Below, piece by piece: positions 60,187 through 64,000 of a stretch of DNA of 64,000 nucleotides. The position numbers were made by a program, and so were the translations under genes. The notes under the pieces are model-generated. The model was not told the origin of the DNA and ran no database searches. It saw nothing but the letters and a program-made list of their open reading frames with translations. Position 1 is the first letter of the stretch. Every line of letters starts with the position of its first letter. This DNA is from Octopus vulgaris (Eukaryota), in NCBI GenBank assembly GCA_951406725.2, contig OX597840.1, positions 19,344,001 through 19,408,000 of the forward strand, read 5' to 3'.

Positions 60187-60443
60187 CAGTGGTTCTCGAC
60201 CAGGGGTCATGTGGCCCCTGGGGGGGGGGGATCCGTATAAGATTTAATCGATAACATTTATGTGCAATAAATTAGTTCTACTTCAACACAAGATATTTGA
60301 ACAATTTCTTTATACGGTTCTTAATAACATTTAATTATGAAAATTATTATAGGATTTTTTAAACGTCGATTGACTACGAGGGTCCACCTGAGTAAAACAG
60401 GAATCAAAGGGGTCAATAGAAGAAAAATGGTTGAGAACCATTT
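60187..60443. mobile_element. hAT-type MITE
   Basis: TIRs cagtggttctcgacc / ggttgagaaccatt; related to 23712-24030. Confidence 0.65.
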
Positions 60444-60499
60444 GTGATGGTGCAAGGTGAGTACAACCCCCCCCCCTTACAATTATCTTTTCTACTGAA

Positions 60500-61023
60500 G
60501 ACACAAGACATGAAATTTTGGGGGATGGGGCTAGTCGATTATATCGACCCGTGTTTCACTGGTACTTAATTTATCTATCCCGAAAAGGTGAAAGGCAAAG
60601 AGGACCTCGGCGGAATTTGAACTCAGAACATAAAGACAGGCGAAATACCTATTTCTTTACTGCCCACAAGGGGCTACACACAGAGGGGACAAACAAGGAC
60701 AGACAAACGGATTAAGTCGATTACATCGCCCCCAGTGCGTAACTGGTACTTATTTAATCAACCCCGAAAGGATAAAAAAGGGCAAAGTCGACCTCGGCGA
60801 AATTTGAAATCAGAACATAAAGACAGACGAAATACCTATTTCTTTACTACCCACAAGGGGCTAAACACAGAGGAGACAAACGGATTTTGTGCGTAACTGG
60901 CATTTAATTCATCGACCCCGAAAGGATGAAAGGCAAAGTCGCCTTTGGTGGAATTTAAACTCAGACGGGCGAAATATCGCTAAGCATTTCGTCCAGCGTG
61001 CAAACGATTCTGCCAGCTCGCCG
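60500..61023 (-). mobile_element. SINE A/A2 multimer (three core units)
   Basis: Junction gaaatacctatttctttac occurs twice. Confidence 0.8.
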
Positions 61024-61210
61024 CATCAAAGCTGCCTACAGTATTATGTTATATGTGTGTGTGTGTGTGTGTCTTTCAGATTGTGTTGTTCCTCACCACC
61101 TTTCAATGACCGATGTTGGTTTATTTACATCCCCGTAACTTTGCGTTTTAGCAAAAAAAGGACGGATAGAATAAGTATCAGGCTTAAAGTAAAATAAAAT
61201 AAATAAATGT

Positions 61211-61374
61211 AGGCATAGGAGTGGCTGTGTGGTAAGTAGCTTGTTTACTAACCACATGGTTCCGGGTTCAGTCCCACTGCGTGACACCTTGGCCAAGTGT
61301 CTTCTACTATAGCCTCGGGCCGACCAAAGCCTTGTGAGTGGATTTGGTAGACGGAAACTGAAAGAAGCCCGTCG

Positions 61375-61460
<86 letters not shown>

Positions 61461-61652
61461 TGTGTCGGTGTTTGTCCTCCTAGCATTGCTTGACAACTGA
61501 TGCTGGTGTGTTTACTTAGTGGTTCGGCAAAAGGGACCGATAGAATAAGTACTGGGCTTACAAAGAATAAGTCCCAGGGTCGATTTGCTCGACTAAAGGC
61601 GGTGCTCCAGCACGGCCACAGTCACATGACTGAAACAAGTAAAAGAGTAAGA
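61211..61652 (+). mobile_element. Composite SINE B
   Basis: Head, (TA)n(TG)n, 3' module. Confidence 0.88.
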
Positions 61653-61842
61653 GTATATCTCGGACAGGTAAGAGAAAAAAATGTAAAAGGACATTTAGTA
61701 CATGGTCAGCAAAAATATAATCAGGCATATCAGGTAATGATGTACCACCTGGCATTAAGAGTACCATACGAGTGAGATCGGGACCAGAGCATCAAGCTGG
61801 CCTCCGAGCCGATGGCACGTTAACAAGTCCATTCAAGCATGA

Positions 61843-63220
<1,378 letters not shown>

Positions 63221-64000
63221 TAAAAAAATCCTAATCACTGTGATATGTGTGGTAAATAATTCTCACAAAATCCTTGCTTAGTTAAACACAAGTGCATTCC
63301 TTATGAAGTGGATCCGTAACACTGATATTTGTTTACAACATCTCAAAAGGACAAGCTCGTATCTCATAAACACATCCACAGAAAATAGAAACTATATTAC
63401 TGGGATATCTATAGTAAATCTTTCACTTGAAACGATCCATTAACGAATCAAAGGAATAATGACAGACAAGGGAAATCGTATCACTGTGATATCAGTGCTT
63501 AATCATTCTTTGAAAATGGTGAATTAATTATGCAGTCATATTAATATGAAAGATGTAATATTTTTCACATTAATATGACTGTGTATAATTAATTCACCCT
63601 CCTCTGTCAATGCTCTTGATATTTGTGTTGAATCAATCTATGAAAATGATCAATTATGAAAACATAACTGCATTCATACAGAAGAGGAACCATATCACTA
63701 CAATGCTGATAGTCATCATCATTTAACATTCACTTTTCCATGCTTCTGTCCATCAGATGGAATTCATTGATGGAGATTTTCTTCAGCTGGATGCCTTTCC
63801 TGTCACTAATCTTCACCTGATTCCAAGCAAGGAAATATTTTACAAAGAAGACTGGAAATGAACAACTGCATTTGTATAATGGTCTTTTACAAGCATCACA
63901 TAATATTTGGACAAGGGTACACACACAAACACACGCATTTGTGTGTATGTTTGAAAAATTTGTTATAGGAGAATATTTCAATATTTTCTCGACGTGTAAA

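Overview
AT-rich eukaryotic DNA, very probably Octopus (inferred from the microsatellite density, the tRNA-derived SINE families and the '[11 protein letters not shown]' C2H2 finger type). Almost all long ORFs in the supplied track are microsatellite artefacts. The window is a mosaic of (TA)n/(CA)n/(TACA)n/(AAT)n/(ATC)n tracts, at least four SINE families, and fragments of R4/Dong-, CR1- and RTE-type LINEs. It also holds two Penelope-like elements (RT + GIY-YIG), Tc1/mariner, hAT-like and Helitron-like remnants, and a decayed tandem C2H2 zinc-finger array at about 62.0-63.7 kb. The most interesting unannotated signal is RNA structure. First, a 411-bp insertion at 21540-21950 has a 13-bp TSD, about 50 bp of terminal redundancy (363-nt monomer) and a G-U-rich rod ending in a type I hammerhead fold, which is the signature expected of a retrozyme/circular-RNA-derived element. 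Second, seven further minimal hammerhead-like motifs are scattered across the window, several with non-canonical cores (U3-A8 twice, C4, U6). All assignments come from reading the sequence by eye; coordinates of degenerate elements are approximate.
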